Shown in pieces: positions 19,528-28,521 of a DNA stretch of 64,000 nucleotides. Source of the DNA: Candidatus Latescibacterota bacterium (GTDB lineage: Bacteria; Latescibacterota; UBA2968); contig OZ244960.1 in assembly GCA_965222605.1 (NCBI GenBank), positions 1,056,001 to 1,120,000 on the forward strand. Direction: 5' to 3'. Under the pieces are notes generated by a model. It was not told where the DNA came from and did not search any database. It was given only the letters and a program-made list of their open reading frames with translations. The translations under genes were made by a program, and so were the position numbers. The number at the start of each line of letters is the position of its first letter. Positions within the stretch are counted from its first letter, which is position 1.

Positions 19528-19946
19528 TGCTTACCTTCCTCCTTGTCTTCTGCCCGCCCGTTTGTCACCTCGCGAAACGTCCAGAGGGAATTGATGAAAT
19601 AGTTGAATAATGTGGCAGGGGCAATCGCGCACCCCTGCAAAATGACCGATTGTACCGCTGGAAAAAGGAAGGAAAGCAAGACAAACGTGCCATAACTCAG
19701 CATGAGCGTCACCAGTGAAACGAGGTTGTACTTCAACCCCCGAACACGCTTTTTACCCGCCAGTGCGCGATCGCGGAAAGTCCAGTAGTTATTGAGCAAA
19801 AAGTTCGAGATAATCGACAGCTCAATTGCAATTGGTGATGCCAGCAACTTGTGCACACCGAGATTGAGCAAGAGCTGAAACGAACCGAGATTGACAAATA
19901 CCCCCGAGAAACCCGTGAGGGCAAATTTGATAAATGTCTGAGACAT
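19524..19946 (-). CDS. GtrA family lipid-linked sugar flippase
   Basis: FIKFALTG.SG..VN, NFLLNNYWTF and NYFINSLWTF; four TM segments. Confidence 0.88.
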   Translation of the reverse strand: MSQTFIKFALTGFSGVFVNLGSFQLLLNLGVHKLLASPIAIELSIISNFLLNNYWTFRDRALAGKKRVRGLKYNLVSLVTLMLSYGTFVLLSFLFPAVQSVILQGCAIAPATLFNYFINSLWTFREVTNGRAEDKEEGKQ

Positions 19947-20085
19947 AAATTTTCCGGTAAATTGGATTTTCAACTGATCAAATTAACAACGCACGCTCGA
20001 GAAATCAAGCGCGAAACTAAAAAAATCCTCTCGTGCATTCGTCCATATCAGAATACACAGACGATTTGACACGGTTTGCCCAATA

Positions 20086-20967
20086 GTGAAACGAGTCGCT
20101 AAAATTTTGCTCCTCTCCATATTGTTGTTCACTGCACTATGTGTTGTGCTATCCATCTGGAGGAAACCGATGCCCGATCATCCTTTTTTAAAAAAAAACG
20201 CGAGTGTTGAAGTGATTGCACACCGAGGGGGATGGCGGTTGTGGCCCGAAAATACGCTATATGCTTTTCAACACGCAGTAGATCTCGGCGTGGATATGCT
20301 GGAAATGGATATTCGCAGTACAAAAGACGGCCATATCGTGGTTTTTCACGATGAGATCGTGACGCGCACGACCAATGGCAGCGCGAGTGTGAATGATTTG
20401 ACCCTTGCAGAATTAAAACAGTTAGATGCAGGATACAAATGGTCGGCGGATAATGGCGCGACTTTTCCCTTTCGCGGAAAAGGAATTGTACCCCCAACGC
20501 TGGACGAAGTCTTTGCGTCTTTTCCGAACATGCGAATGACCATTGAAATCAAGCAGAAAGAGCCGGATATTGTCGCGGCATTTGGCAACTTGATTCGCCA
20601 CCATGGAATGCAGCACCGCGTGCTGGTCGCGTGTTTTGACACCGGGACATTGAAGCGTTTTCGCAAGCAGTTCCCCGAAGTTGCAACATCGCCGGGAATG
20701 ACGGAAGGAATGATTTTTTACGCCCTGTGCTGGTTGCACCTGAGCGCGGTTTATCAACCCAATGTCGAGGTATTGCAGTTTCCACTAAAAATGGGACCAA
20801 TAAACGGTATCCATCCACGCCTTTTATCTGGCGCGCGCAAAAACAATATACAAGTGCAAATATGGACTGTGGATGACGAAGCGAAAATGCGAATGCTGAT
20901 TGAAAGCGGTGTAAATGGCATCATCACCCGCCGGCCAGATCGCCTGTTAAAAATACTCGGGAGATAA
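20086..20967 (+). CDS. Glycerophosphodiester phosphodiesterase
   Basis: IAHRGG...PENT, EMDIRSTKDG..VVFHD, IEIK and WTVD motifs; N-terminal TM. Confidence 0.93.
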   Translation: MKRVAKILLLSILLFTALCVVLSIWRKPMPDHPFLKKNASVEVIAHRGGWRLWPENTLYAFQHAVDLGVDMLEMDIRSTKDGHIVVFHDEIVTRTTNGSASVNDLTLAELKQLDAGYKWSADNGATFPFRGKGIVPPTLDEVFASFPNMRMTIEIKQKEPDIVAAFGNLIRHHGMQHRVLVACFDTGTLKRFRKQFPEVATSPGMTEGMIFYALCWLHLSAVYQPNVEVLQFPLKMGPINGIHPRLLSGARKNNIQVQIWTVDDEAKMRMLIESGVNGIITRRPDRLLKILGR

Positions 20968-20991
20968 CCTTTCACAAAAGGAATAAATACT

Positions 20992-22455
20992 ATGTCTGAA
21001 CAAATCAATTTGCTTTTTATATTAACAGACGACCAGGGATATTGGGCGATGGGATGTGCTGGTAATTCGGAAATTCGCACGCCGAATCTGGATCGATTGG
21101 CCGCAACGGGATTGCGCTTTGAGAATTTCTTTTGCGCGTCGCCGGTCTGCTCGCCAGCTCGGGCTTCCATCTTGACGGGCCGCATTCCATCTCAACACGG
21201 CGTACAGGATTTCTTGCGCGCGGGCAATTCAAATATCTACGGCGCAGATGATCGGGCTATCGAATATCTATCGGGACAAACAGCATATACAGATATCCTA
21301 TCTGAACGGGGTTACACGTGTGGTTTAAGTGGCAAATGGCATCTGGGCTATTCGGAAAAACCGCAAAAGAGTTTTGCGTTTTGGGATGTTCACGCAAGTG
21401 GCGCGGGACCGTATTACAATCCCCCGATGATTCGCGGCGGCAAAGCGTATCAACCATCGGATTATGTGAGCGATCTGATTACAGATAATGCGTTGGAATT
21501 TTTGGAGACCCAAAAGGGTGTAGATCAACCATTCTGTTTGAATGTCCACTACACAGCACCTCACGCGCCCTGGGGACGCGAACACCATCCGCCCGAGTTA
21601 TTCGAAGATTATTATCAAAATTGTCCTTTTGGATCAACGCCTGACGAACCCATGCATCCGCAGCAGCTATCAAAGACAGGATCATCGGGATCTTTGGGAT
21701 TCACGAAAGAAGAGCGCAAAGAAACACTCAGCGGATATTTTGCCGCAATGACCGCAATGGACGCCAACGTAGGCAGATTGTTGGATTGGCTGGAAGCCAA
21801 TGGGTTGCGGGAAAATACACTCATCGCATTTACAAGCGACAATGGGATGAACATGGGACATCACGGGATTTACGGCAAAGGCAATGGGACATTTCCTCCG
21901 AACATGTTCGACACCTCGGTAAAGGTCCCCATGCTCATCTCGCGTCCAGGTCATGTTCCCCAGGGTGAGGTTATTTCTTCACTACACAGCCATTACGACA
22001 TCATGCCGACCTTGCTGGACTATCTCAACGTAGAAAATCCCGACTCTGACTCCCTTCCCGGGCGCAGCTTTTCCGCGTTGTTAGAAGGGCGAGAAATAGG
22101 GGGCGACGACCAGGTGGTTGTATTTGACGAATACGGTCCCACGCGGATGATCCGCACCGTGGAATGGAAGTACGTCCATCGCTATCCCTATGGTCCTCAT
22201 GAACTTTACGATCTGATAAACGACCCAGATGAACGGCAAAATCTGATTGCAGAACAAAAACATCAATCAATCCGGGAATCGCTACAGGCTGACCTGGATG
22301 CGTGGTTTGCGCGCTATGCCGATCCCCAGCGGGATGGCTCGCGCGAAGCCGTGATGGGCAGAGGACAATTGGATATTGTTGGACCTGCAGCAAAGGGGCG
22401 AAAGCGATTTGGCGACGATGTCGTTTTTGAGCGCGATAACAAACGGAGACCTTAA
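20992..22455 (+). CDS. Sulfatase (S1, Cys-type), close paralog of 10814-12187
   Basis: CSPARASILTG, GKWHLG and SDNG motifs. Confidence 0.95.
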   Translation: MSEQINLLFILTDDQGYWAMGCAGNSEIRTPNLDRLAATGLRFENFFCASPVCSPARASILTGRIPSQHGVQDFLRAGNSNIYGADDRAIEYLSGQTAYTDILSERGYTCGLSGKWHLGYSEKPQKSFAFWDVHASGAGPYYNPPMIRGGKAYQPSDYVSDLITDNALEFLETQKGVDQPFCLNVHYTAPHAPWGREHHPPELFEDYYQNCPFGSTPDEPMHPQQLSKTGSSGSLGFTKEERKETLSGYFAAMTAMDANVGRLLDWLEANGLRENTLIAFTSDNGMNMGHHGIYGKGNGTFPPNMFDTSVKVPMLISRPGHVPQGEVISSLHSHYDIMPTLLDYLNVENPDSDSLPGRSFSALLEGREIGGDDQVVVFDEYGPTRMIRTVEWKYVHRYPYGPHELYDLINDPDERQNLIAEQKHQSIRESLQADLDAWFARYADPQRDGSREAVMGRGQLDIVGPAAKGRKRFGDDVVFERDNKRRP

Positions 22456-22457
22456 CA

Positions 22458-23591
22458 ATGACCGATCTACTTTCAGAACGCATTGTACGCATTGAAAAAG
22501 TAATGTTAAAAAGTCCGCGTCCGCGCTTTGTGGGCGTAAATTCCAAAGGTGGCCCCATAGGCGATATGGTTACGGATCTCGTCGTTCGCATCCATACAGA
22601 GAGCGGGACTATTGGCGTTGGCTGGTCGCGCATAAATCGCGCACAGGCCGAACAATTTTTGGGAAGACAATTGAATGAACTCTTTGCATTGCCCACGGGC
22701 TGTTTGGAAGCAGGTGAAAGCATCGACTTGCCGCTATGGGATCTGGTGGCAAAACTCTCGGATCTGCCATTGTACAAACTGCTGGGCGCGCGCGGTTCGC
22801 GGGAAGTGGAACTCTATGACGGATCGGTCTATATCGACGACCTGGAAGCAGATGACGACGAAGCAGTGGCAATTTTTCAGAAAGAAGTAAAAACCGGACA
22901 GGAATACGGATTCAAAAATTTTAAAATAAAAATTGGACGCGGGGCAAAGTGGATGCCAATTATGGAAGGCCTGGAACGGGATGTGCTGGTCATTCAAACA
23001 ATTCGAGAAGCAGCGGGACCAGACGCCAAAATTCTCGTTGATGCCAACAACGGAACAACGCTGAATATTGCCCAGGAAATTCTCAAACGGTGTGAAGCCG
23101 TGGGGATTTACTGGTTCGAGGAAGCCTTTCACGAGGAACGGGGATTCTCCGAACCCTTCAAGGCATTTATCCAGGCCTCCGGTTATGACACTTATATCGC
23201 AGATGGCGAATCTGGCCCACCACCGCCTACTTTTTTTGACATGGTAAAACGCGGCTGGATTGATATTGTGCAACACGATTTTCGCGCCAAAGGATTGACC
23301 TGGTGGAAAGCGACTGCAGATATGATCGCACCCTGGGGTGCCCAATGTGCCCCGCATTGCTGGGGCAGTATTATCGAGCGTTATGCACACGCACATTTTG
23401 CCGCTTCGATTCCAAATTTTTGTCTATTAGAAACAGCCCCGGCAGATACGCAGGGCATAGTGCTCGATGGTTGGAAATTTCGAGACGGCTACCTCATTGT
23501 GCCAGATACACCGGGAACGGGATTTGACCTCGCGCCTGAAACAATCGCACGGGGAATACGCGAAGAGGGTGGATTTTGCATTTCCGTTTAA
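22458..23591 (+). CDS. Mandelate racemase/muconate lactonizing enzyme family (enolase superfamily)
   Basis: KIKIG, VDAN, WFEE, DGE and PGTGF motifs. Confidence 0.88.
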   Translation: MTDLLSERIVRIEKVMLKSPRPRFVGVNSKGGPIGDMVTDLVVRIHTESGTIGVGWSRINRAQAEQFLGRQLNELFALPTGCLEAGESIDLPLWDLVAKLSDLPLYKLLGARGSREVELYDGSVYIDDLEADDDEAVAIFQKEVKTGQEYGFKNFKIKIGRGAKWMPIMEGLERDVLVIQTIREAAGPDAKILVDANNGTTLNIAQEILKRCEAVGIYWFEEAFHEERGFSEPFKAFIQASGYDTYIADGESGPPPPTFFDMVKRGWIDIVQHDFRAKGLTWWKATADMIAPWGAQCAPHCWGSIIERYAHAHFAASIPNFCLLETAPADTQGIVLDGWKFRDGYLIVPDTPGTGFDLAPETIARGIREEGGFCISV

Positions 23592-23602
23592 AAAAGGATA
23601 AC

Positions 23603-24709
23603 ATGATGAATAACACACTTGGATTAGCCCAGCCCCAGGATGTCGGCATGTCTGCCGACCAACTCAAACGAGCCTTTGGCCTGCTCACAACCGCTACAGA
23701 AGCCGGGCAAATTGGCGCGGCCTCGCTGACGGTTACACGGCACGGCAAGGAAGTCTTTGCCCGAGGATGCGGGCAACAGCACCCTCGCACAGGCCAGCCG
23801 GTCGATGCAGATTCAATATTTCTCCTCGCCTCAATCACCAAACCGGTCACGGCCTGCGCGCTGATGATACTCGTAGATCGGGGTCTGATCTCACTCAACG
23901 ATTCGGCCATCAATTATCTACCCGAATGCACCGGCGGTGATCGTCCCGCCGTCAAAGTGCGCCATTTGCTCTCGCATATATCCGGCATGCCCGACATGCT
24001 GCCCGAAAACACCAGCTTGCGACAGGCGCACACGCCCGTGGCGGGCTTCGTCGAGCGGGCACTTCAGACGCCTCTACTCTACAAACCGGGAACCGATTTT
24101 TGCTACCAGAGCATGGGCATCCTGCTCGCAGCCGAAATTGTCGAGCGAGTCAGCGGGCAGCGATTGCGCGACTTCGAGCGCGAGGAAATCTTCGCGCCGT
24201 TGGGAATGGCGCGCAGCGCATTGGGAATGGGCAATTGGACACTTGATGACGCGGTGTGGTGCGGAACGGACGCCGAAGAGGACGAGGAGCAACAGAGCTG
24301 GGGTTGGAACTCCCCGTACTGGCGCGACTTTGGGGCGCCGTGGGGCGGCATGCACAGCACCGGGCGCGATCTGGCGATCCTTCTGCAAACCATGCTCAAC
24401 GGCGGCACTTACGGCAATCGGCGCATCTTCAGCCGCGCCGCAGTCGCGACAATGACACGAGATCAAAACGGGGCACTCCATGCGCCCTGGGGAATCGGTT
24501 GGGGTGTATCCGGAGCAAGGGTATGGGGCTTTTGGGGCGATCTGGTATCGCAGCGAACCTTCGGACACACCGGGGCAACCGGCACAGTAGCGTGGGCAGA
24601 CGCAGCGCGTCAGCTCAGTTGCGTCGTGCTCACCAACCAGATGGTCGCCGAGGGAAGCCTTCTGCGACGGGTTTCCAACGCGGTCGCAGCAGCAGTGGAA
24701 GAAGAGTAG
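23603..24709 (+). CDS. Serine hydrolase, beta-lactamase class C-like (esterase)
   Basis: ASITK (SxxK), YQS and FGHTG motifs. Confidence 0.9.
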   Translation: MMNNTLGLAQPQDVGMSADQLKRAFGLLTTATEAGQIGAASLTVTRHGKEVFARGCGQQHPRTGQPVDADSIFLLASITKPVTACALMILVDRGLISLNDSAINYLPECTGGDRPAVKVRHLLSHISGMPDMLPENTSLRQAHTPVAGFVERALQTPLLYKPGTDFCYQSMGILLAAEIVERVSGQRLRDFEREEIFAPLGMARSALGMGNWTLDDAVWCGTDAEEDEEQQSWGWNSPYWRDFGAPWGGMHSTGRDLAILLQTMLNGGTYGNRRIFSRAAVATMTRDQNGALHAPWGIGWGVSGARVWGFWGDLVSQRTFGHTGATGTVAWADAARQLSCVVLTNQMVAEGSLLRRVSNAVAAAVEEE

Positions 24710-24741
24710 TTTTCAGCTATACACCATACCAAGGAGACATT

Positions 24742-26463
24742 ATGAACACCGCAGCAAAAACTCGACAGACCAGACGCGACCGCGAGCGCATTGCATGGTG
24801 GGAAGAAGCGCGGTTTGGCATGTTCATTCACTGGGGCCTGTACGCGATTCCCGCGGGCAAATGGAAAGGTAAAGCCATTGAGGGCATTGGAGAATGGATT
24901 ATGCGCCGAGCAGAAATTCCAGCCGCGGAATACGAACAACTCGCCTCAAAATTCAATCCGGTAAAATTCGACGCCGATGCGGTTGCCAAACTCGCGCGAG
25001 ATGCGGGTATGAAATACCTCGTTATCACAGCCAAACACCACGACGGCTTTGCCATGTATGACTCCCCGTGCAGCGACTACGACATCACCGATGCCACGCC
25101 TTATGGCAAAGATATTATGGCAGGCCTCTCCAAAGCCTGCCAAAAATACGGTATTCGCCTTTGCTTCTACTATTCTCAAGATCAGGACTGGCACGACCCC
25201 AATGCCTCGGGGAACAACTGGGATTTTGACCCTGCGACAAAAGACTTCGCCTATTATCTCGAAAACAAAGTCAAACCTCAGGTGCGCGAATTGCTCACAC
25301 AATACGGGCCTATCGGCCTGATATGGTTCGACACCCCCGTCTCCATTTCCCTGGAACAGAGCCAATCGCTCTCCCGTCTCGTCCACGGTTTGCAACCCGA
25401 CTGTCTCGTCAGTGGTCGCGTGGGCAACGGCGTGGGAGACTACGGCAGCCTGGGCGACAACCAGATCCCCACCGGTCGCCTCGAAGGCTACTGGGAGACA
25501 CCCGCCACCCTCAACGATACCTGGGGCTATAAAACCGATGACCACAACTGGAAAAGCGTAAAAACACTGCTCCACCTTCTCGTTGACCTCGCCAGCAAAG
25601 GCGTCAACTACCTGCTCAACATCGGGCCGCGTGCCGATGGCAGCGTACCTATGCCCAGTATCAATCGCCTTCTCGCCATTGGCGAATGGATGAAAACCAA
25701 CGGCGAAGCGATCTACGGCAGCAAAGCCACGCCATATCCCTATGAATTTCCCTGGGGCGGCATCACGCAAAAAGACAACCGCCTCTACTTGCTCTTTACC
25801 ACATGGCCCGGCGAGGATTTCACCCTTCTCGGCCTGCGCAACCGCGTTGCAAAGGCAACCTTGCTCGCCGACCAAAGTGCGCACATCGACATTTCTCAAA
25901 CCCGCGAGAACGATTGCGATATTCTAAAATTGCGCCTGCCCGAATGCCCCGACCCAAATGTCTCAGTCGTCGCCCTCGATCTCGATGGCGCACCCGATGT
26001 CGATCAAACCGCCCTCCAGCAAACCGATGGCTCTATCACCATGATCGCCAGCATGGCAAACTTTAACTCGCCCGAATCGGGACCGCAAATCCGCATTGGC
26101 GAAAGCGGCGTTATCGAAGACTGGTTTGACACAGCCAACTGGATCGATTGCGACTTCAAAGTTTCCGAACCCGGCACATTTGAAGTCCGCGTTCACACCA
26201 GCGCGCTCCGCCGCGCCCGCGAATGGACAGGCGGCCATGAAGTGCGCGTTGATATTGCGGGCAGTACATTCCGCAAAACCATCACACCCGATGCCTGGAG
26301 CGACAGCCCCAAAGCGCAGTATTTCCCCGAAGCCGCAACCATTATCGGTCATGTCCAGCTCGACAAACCCGGTGTTTACACCATCGAAGTCCGCGCCGAA
26401 TCCATCAACAGACAATCCCGAGCCGGATTGTCTGTCTCAGCCATTTCCTTGATGCGCCAATAG
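24742..26463 (+). CDS. Alpha-L-fucosidase (GH29) with C-terminal accessory domain
   Basis: RFGMFIHWGLY, KHHDGF, IWFD and NYLLNIGP motifs; AAGGAG RBS. Confidence 0.95.
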   Translation: MNTAAKTRQTRRDRERIAWWEEARFGMFIHWGLYAIPAGKWKGKAIEGIGEWIMRRAEIPAAEYEQLASKFNPVKFDADAVAKLARDAGMKYLVITAKHHDGFAMYDSPCSDYDITDATPYGKDIMAGLSKACQKYGIRLCFYYSQDQDWHDPNASGNNWDFDPATKDFAYYLENKVKPQVRELLTQYGPIGLIWFDTPVSISLEQSQSLSRLVHGLQPDCLVSGRVGNGVGDYGSLGDNQIPTGRLEGYWETPATLNDTWGYKTDDHNWKSVKTLLHLLVDLASKGVNYLLNIGPRADGSVPMPSINRLLAIGEWMKTNGEAIYGSKATPYPYEFPWGGITQKDNRLYLLFTTWPGEDFTLLGLRNRVAKATLLADQSAHIDISQTRENDCDILKLRLPECPDPNVSVVALDLDGAPDVDQTALQQTDGSITMIASMANFNSPESGPQIRIGESGVIEDWFDTANWIDCDFKVSEPGTFEVRVHTSALRRAREWTGGHEVRVDIAGSTFRKTITPDAWSDSPKAQYFPEAATIIGHVQLDKPGVYTIEVRAESINRQSRAGLSVSAISLMRQ

Positions 26464-26495
26464 ATTGTTGTAGTATGAAAAAATAGGAGGATATT

Positions 26496-27512
26496 ATGCC
26501 ACTGGAAGTATGTGCCCTATCGCCCGAAAAGATGGAATTGCGGGAATACGAAGTGCCAAAAGTTGGAAAAGGACAGATGAAAGTGCAGAGCATGTACGCT
26601 GCTGCCAAGCATGGAACCGAGTTATCGGGAATAAAAGGTCACAGCGCGAAACGCGGACCTTATGATCCGGAACTCCAGGTATTTCCAAACACGGGCAAAG
26701 GGCGGTCGTCTCGGACGGGCAATATGTTTGTAGGCACTGTGATCGGCGAGGGCGTGGATGAATTCGTAGAAGGCGATGTGGTACTGAGTTACGGACCGTT
26801 TCGAGAAGTCCATGTGATCTCGACAGAACGGTGCTGGAAGGTACCAGAAGGGTTTTCGTGGAAGTCCGCGGTATGTTTGGATCCGGCGGATTTTGCCATG
26901 TGTGCTATCAGGGATGGACAGGTGAGAGTCGGAGACGCTGTGGCCGTATTTGGGATGGGCGCCATCGGATTGATGGTCGTACAAATTGCCAAACTATCCG
27001 GGGCATATCCGATCATCGCGGTCGATCCATTGGAAAACCGCCAACAGGTAGCCCAAATCTGCGGTGCCGACCTGATCCTTGACCCCACTACCTGTGATGC
27101 GGGCGTGGAAATCAAAAAAGCAACCGGAAACCGAGGAGTAGATGTGGCAATTGACTACAGCGCCAATGTACACGCCCTGCAAGCTGCCATACGCGGGGTG
27201 GCATTTGGAGGCACCGTAGTAGCTGGGGCTGCGCCAGCACCTTATGGTCCCGGGCTGGATTTTGGCGCAGAAGCGCATTACAACCGCCCCAATCTCATCT
27301 TTTCACGGGCATGCAGCGATCCAAACCGGGAATATCCCCGATGGGACGAGAAACGCGTTTACGCCACCTGCTGGCGACTACTCACCGAAGGAAAACTAAC
27401 GGGCGAATCCATTGTAACGCCCGTAGTGGCGTTTGAAGACATCGTCACAGAATATCCCAAAATCACCAGCAACCCCGAGCAAAATATCAAGTTAGGGGCT
27501 TATTTTAAATAG
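26496..27512 (+). CDS. Medium-chain (Zn-binding family) dehydrogenase
   Basis: HGTE and VAVFGMGAIG motifs; Rossmann fold. Confidence 0.85.
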   Translation: MPLEVCALSPEKMELREYEVPKVGKGQMKVQSMYAAAKHGTELSGIKGHSAKRGPYDPELQVFPNTGKGRSSRTGNMFVGTVIGEGVDEFVEGDVVLSYGPFREVHVISTERCWKVPEGFSWKSAVCLDPADFAMCAIRDGQVRVGDAVAVFGMGAIGLMVVQIAKLSGAYPIIAVDPLENRQQVAQICGADLILDPTTCDAGVEIKKATGNRGVDVAIDYSANVHALQAAIRGVAFGGTVVAGAAPAPYGPGLDFGAEAHYNRPNLIFSRACSDPNREYPRWDEKRVYATCWRLLTEGKLTGESIVTPVVAFEDIVTEYPKITSNPEQNIKLGAYFK

Positions 27513-27584
27513 CTCTCTGTCTTTCTGCGGTGTATTTTGTATATATAAAAAATAATGATTCTTTTTCAGAATAGAAGACACACC

Positions 27585-27778
27585 ATGGCTAACTTAGACC
27601 GCATTGAAGTCAATCCCAGGGTGATGATGGGAAAACCCGTGGTGAAGGGGACACGCATTCCAGTTGATCTGATATTAAGAAAACTGGGAGAAGGCGCGTC
27701 AGAAGACGATCTGCTCGACGCTTATCCCCAGCTCACATAGATGCGCTGCATTACAGCGCAAAGGAAATCAGGGAATGA
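27585..27778 (+). pseudogene. DUF433 antitoxin, frameshifted
   Basis: RIEVNPRVMMGKPVVKGTRIPV...DAYPQLT*; the expected tail DALHYSAKEIRE continues in another frame. Confidence 0.75.
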
Positions 27779-27870
27779 GTAAAGTAAGTGATTTGCACAA
27801 GAAATAGAGCCATGACCCAGAGTACCGGGCTGCTTATGAAGAACTTGGCCTGGAGTTTGACCTTGTGCTG
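27775..27870 (+). pseudogene. HigA-like XRE antitoxin N-terminal remnant
   Basis: MSKVSDLHKK*SHDPEYRAAYEELGLEFDL, with an in-frame TAG where Trp is typical; decays afterwards. Confidence 0.6.
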
Positions 27871-28027
27871 CAGGACAAGTCAGTGGACAAGCCTAATCAC
27901 GACCAAAGTCACAGCCCACTGTCCGCGTCTCGTTCTCTGGAATAGCGAAGGTTGAATGCCTTTATCCAAGACATCCTTTCCTCGGATCGGCTAAGTATTA
28001 ACGCCGGTATTCGCATCCGCCATTGGA

Positions 28028-28258
28028 TCAATGGCCGAGCAGGCCAATGAATGTCTCCCTATCAATTTCGACATCTTTCCGAATTTTGGACATAAGGCCA
28101 ACGCCGATAGTTTCACCGCGATGAATAGGCACGACCGTGCCTCGCCCATCCGGGTGCTTCATAATCACATGACTCCCCCGTTGTCTCACAACCTCGAAAC
28201 CGACTTTCCTCAGAGACCGGACCACCTGGGCACTTGTTACCCTCGGCATTCTGGTCAT
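28028..28258 (-). CDS. hicA: HicA family toxin
   Basis: GF..VRQRGSH..MKHPDGR.TVVPIH motif. Confidence 0.92.
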   Translation of the reverse strand: MTRMPRVTSAQVVRSLRKVGFEVVRQRGSHVIMKHPDGRGTVVPIHRGETIGVGLMSKIRKDVEIDRETFIGLLGH

Positions 28259-28467
28259 ACGGATATTCTTTGAACGCCGACCAGTTCAAGTGGACTCTGA
28301 GCGTCTTCACCCTCAACCTCAAACCAGAGTGCAATCGCCTCCTCCATCCGTTCGAGCAACTGGTCAATTGACTTGCCCTGGGTATGACAACCCGGAAGAG
28401 CAGGAACACTCCCGACGTAATACCCGTCTTCATCCTTCTCTATTACAATGGTGTATTCAGTGCTCAT
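28255..28467 (-). CDS. hicB: HicB family antitoxin (short form)
   Basis: YT.VIEKDEDG.YVGSVPALPGCHTQG motif. Confidence 0.92.
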   Translation of the reverse strand: MSTEYTIVIEKDEDGYYVGSVPALPGCHTQGKSIDQLLERMEEAIALWFEVEGEDAQSPLELVGVQRISV

Positions 28468-28521
28468 TGAATTCTCCCACGTTCAGGGTTCCTTCTCGCC
28501 TCCCGTCATCTGCAGATAATC

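Noticed and set aside
24256-24741. 162-aa N-terminal extension of the fucosidase ORF
   Set aside because: It overlaps the serine hydrolase gene in another frame; a clear RBS and ATG lie at 24742
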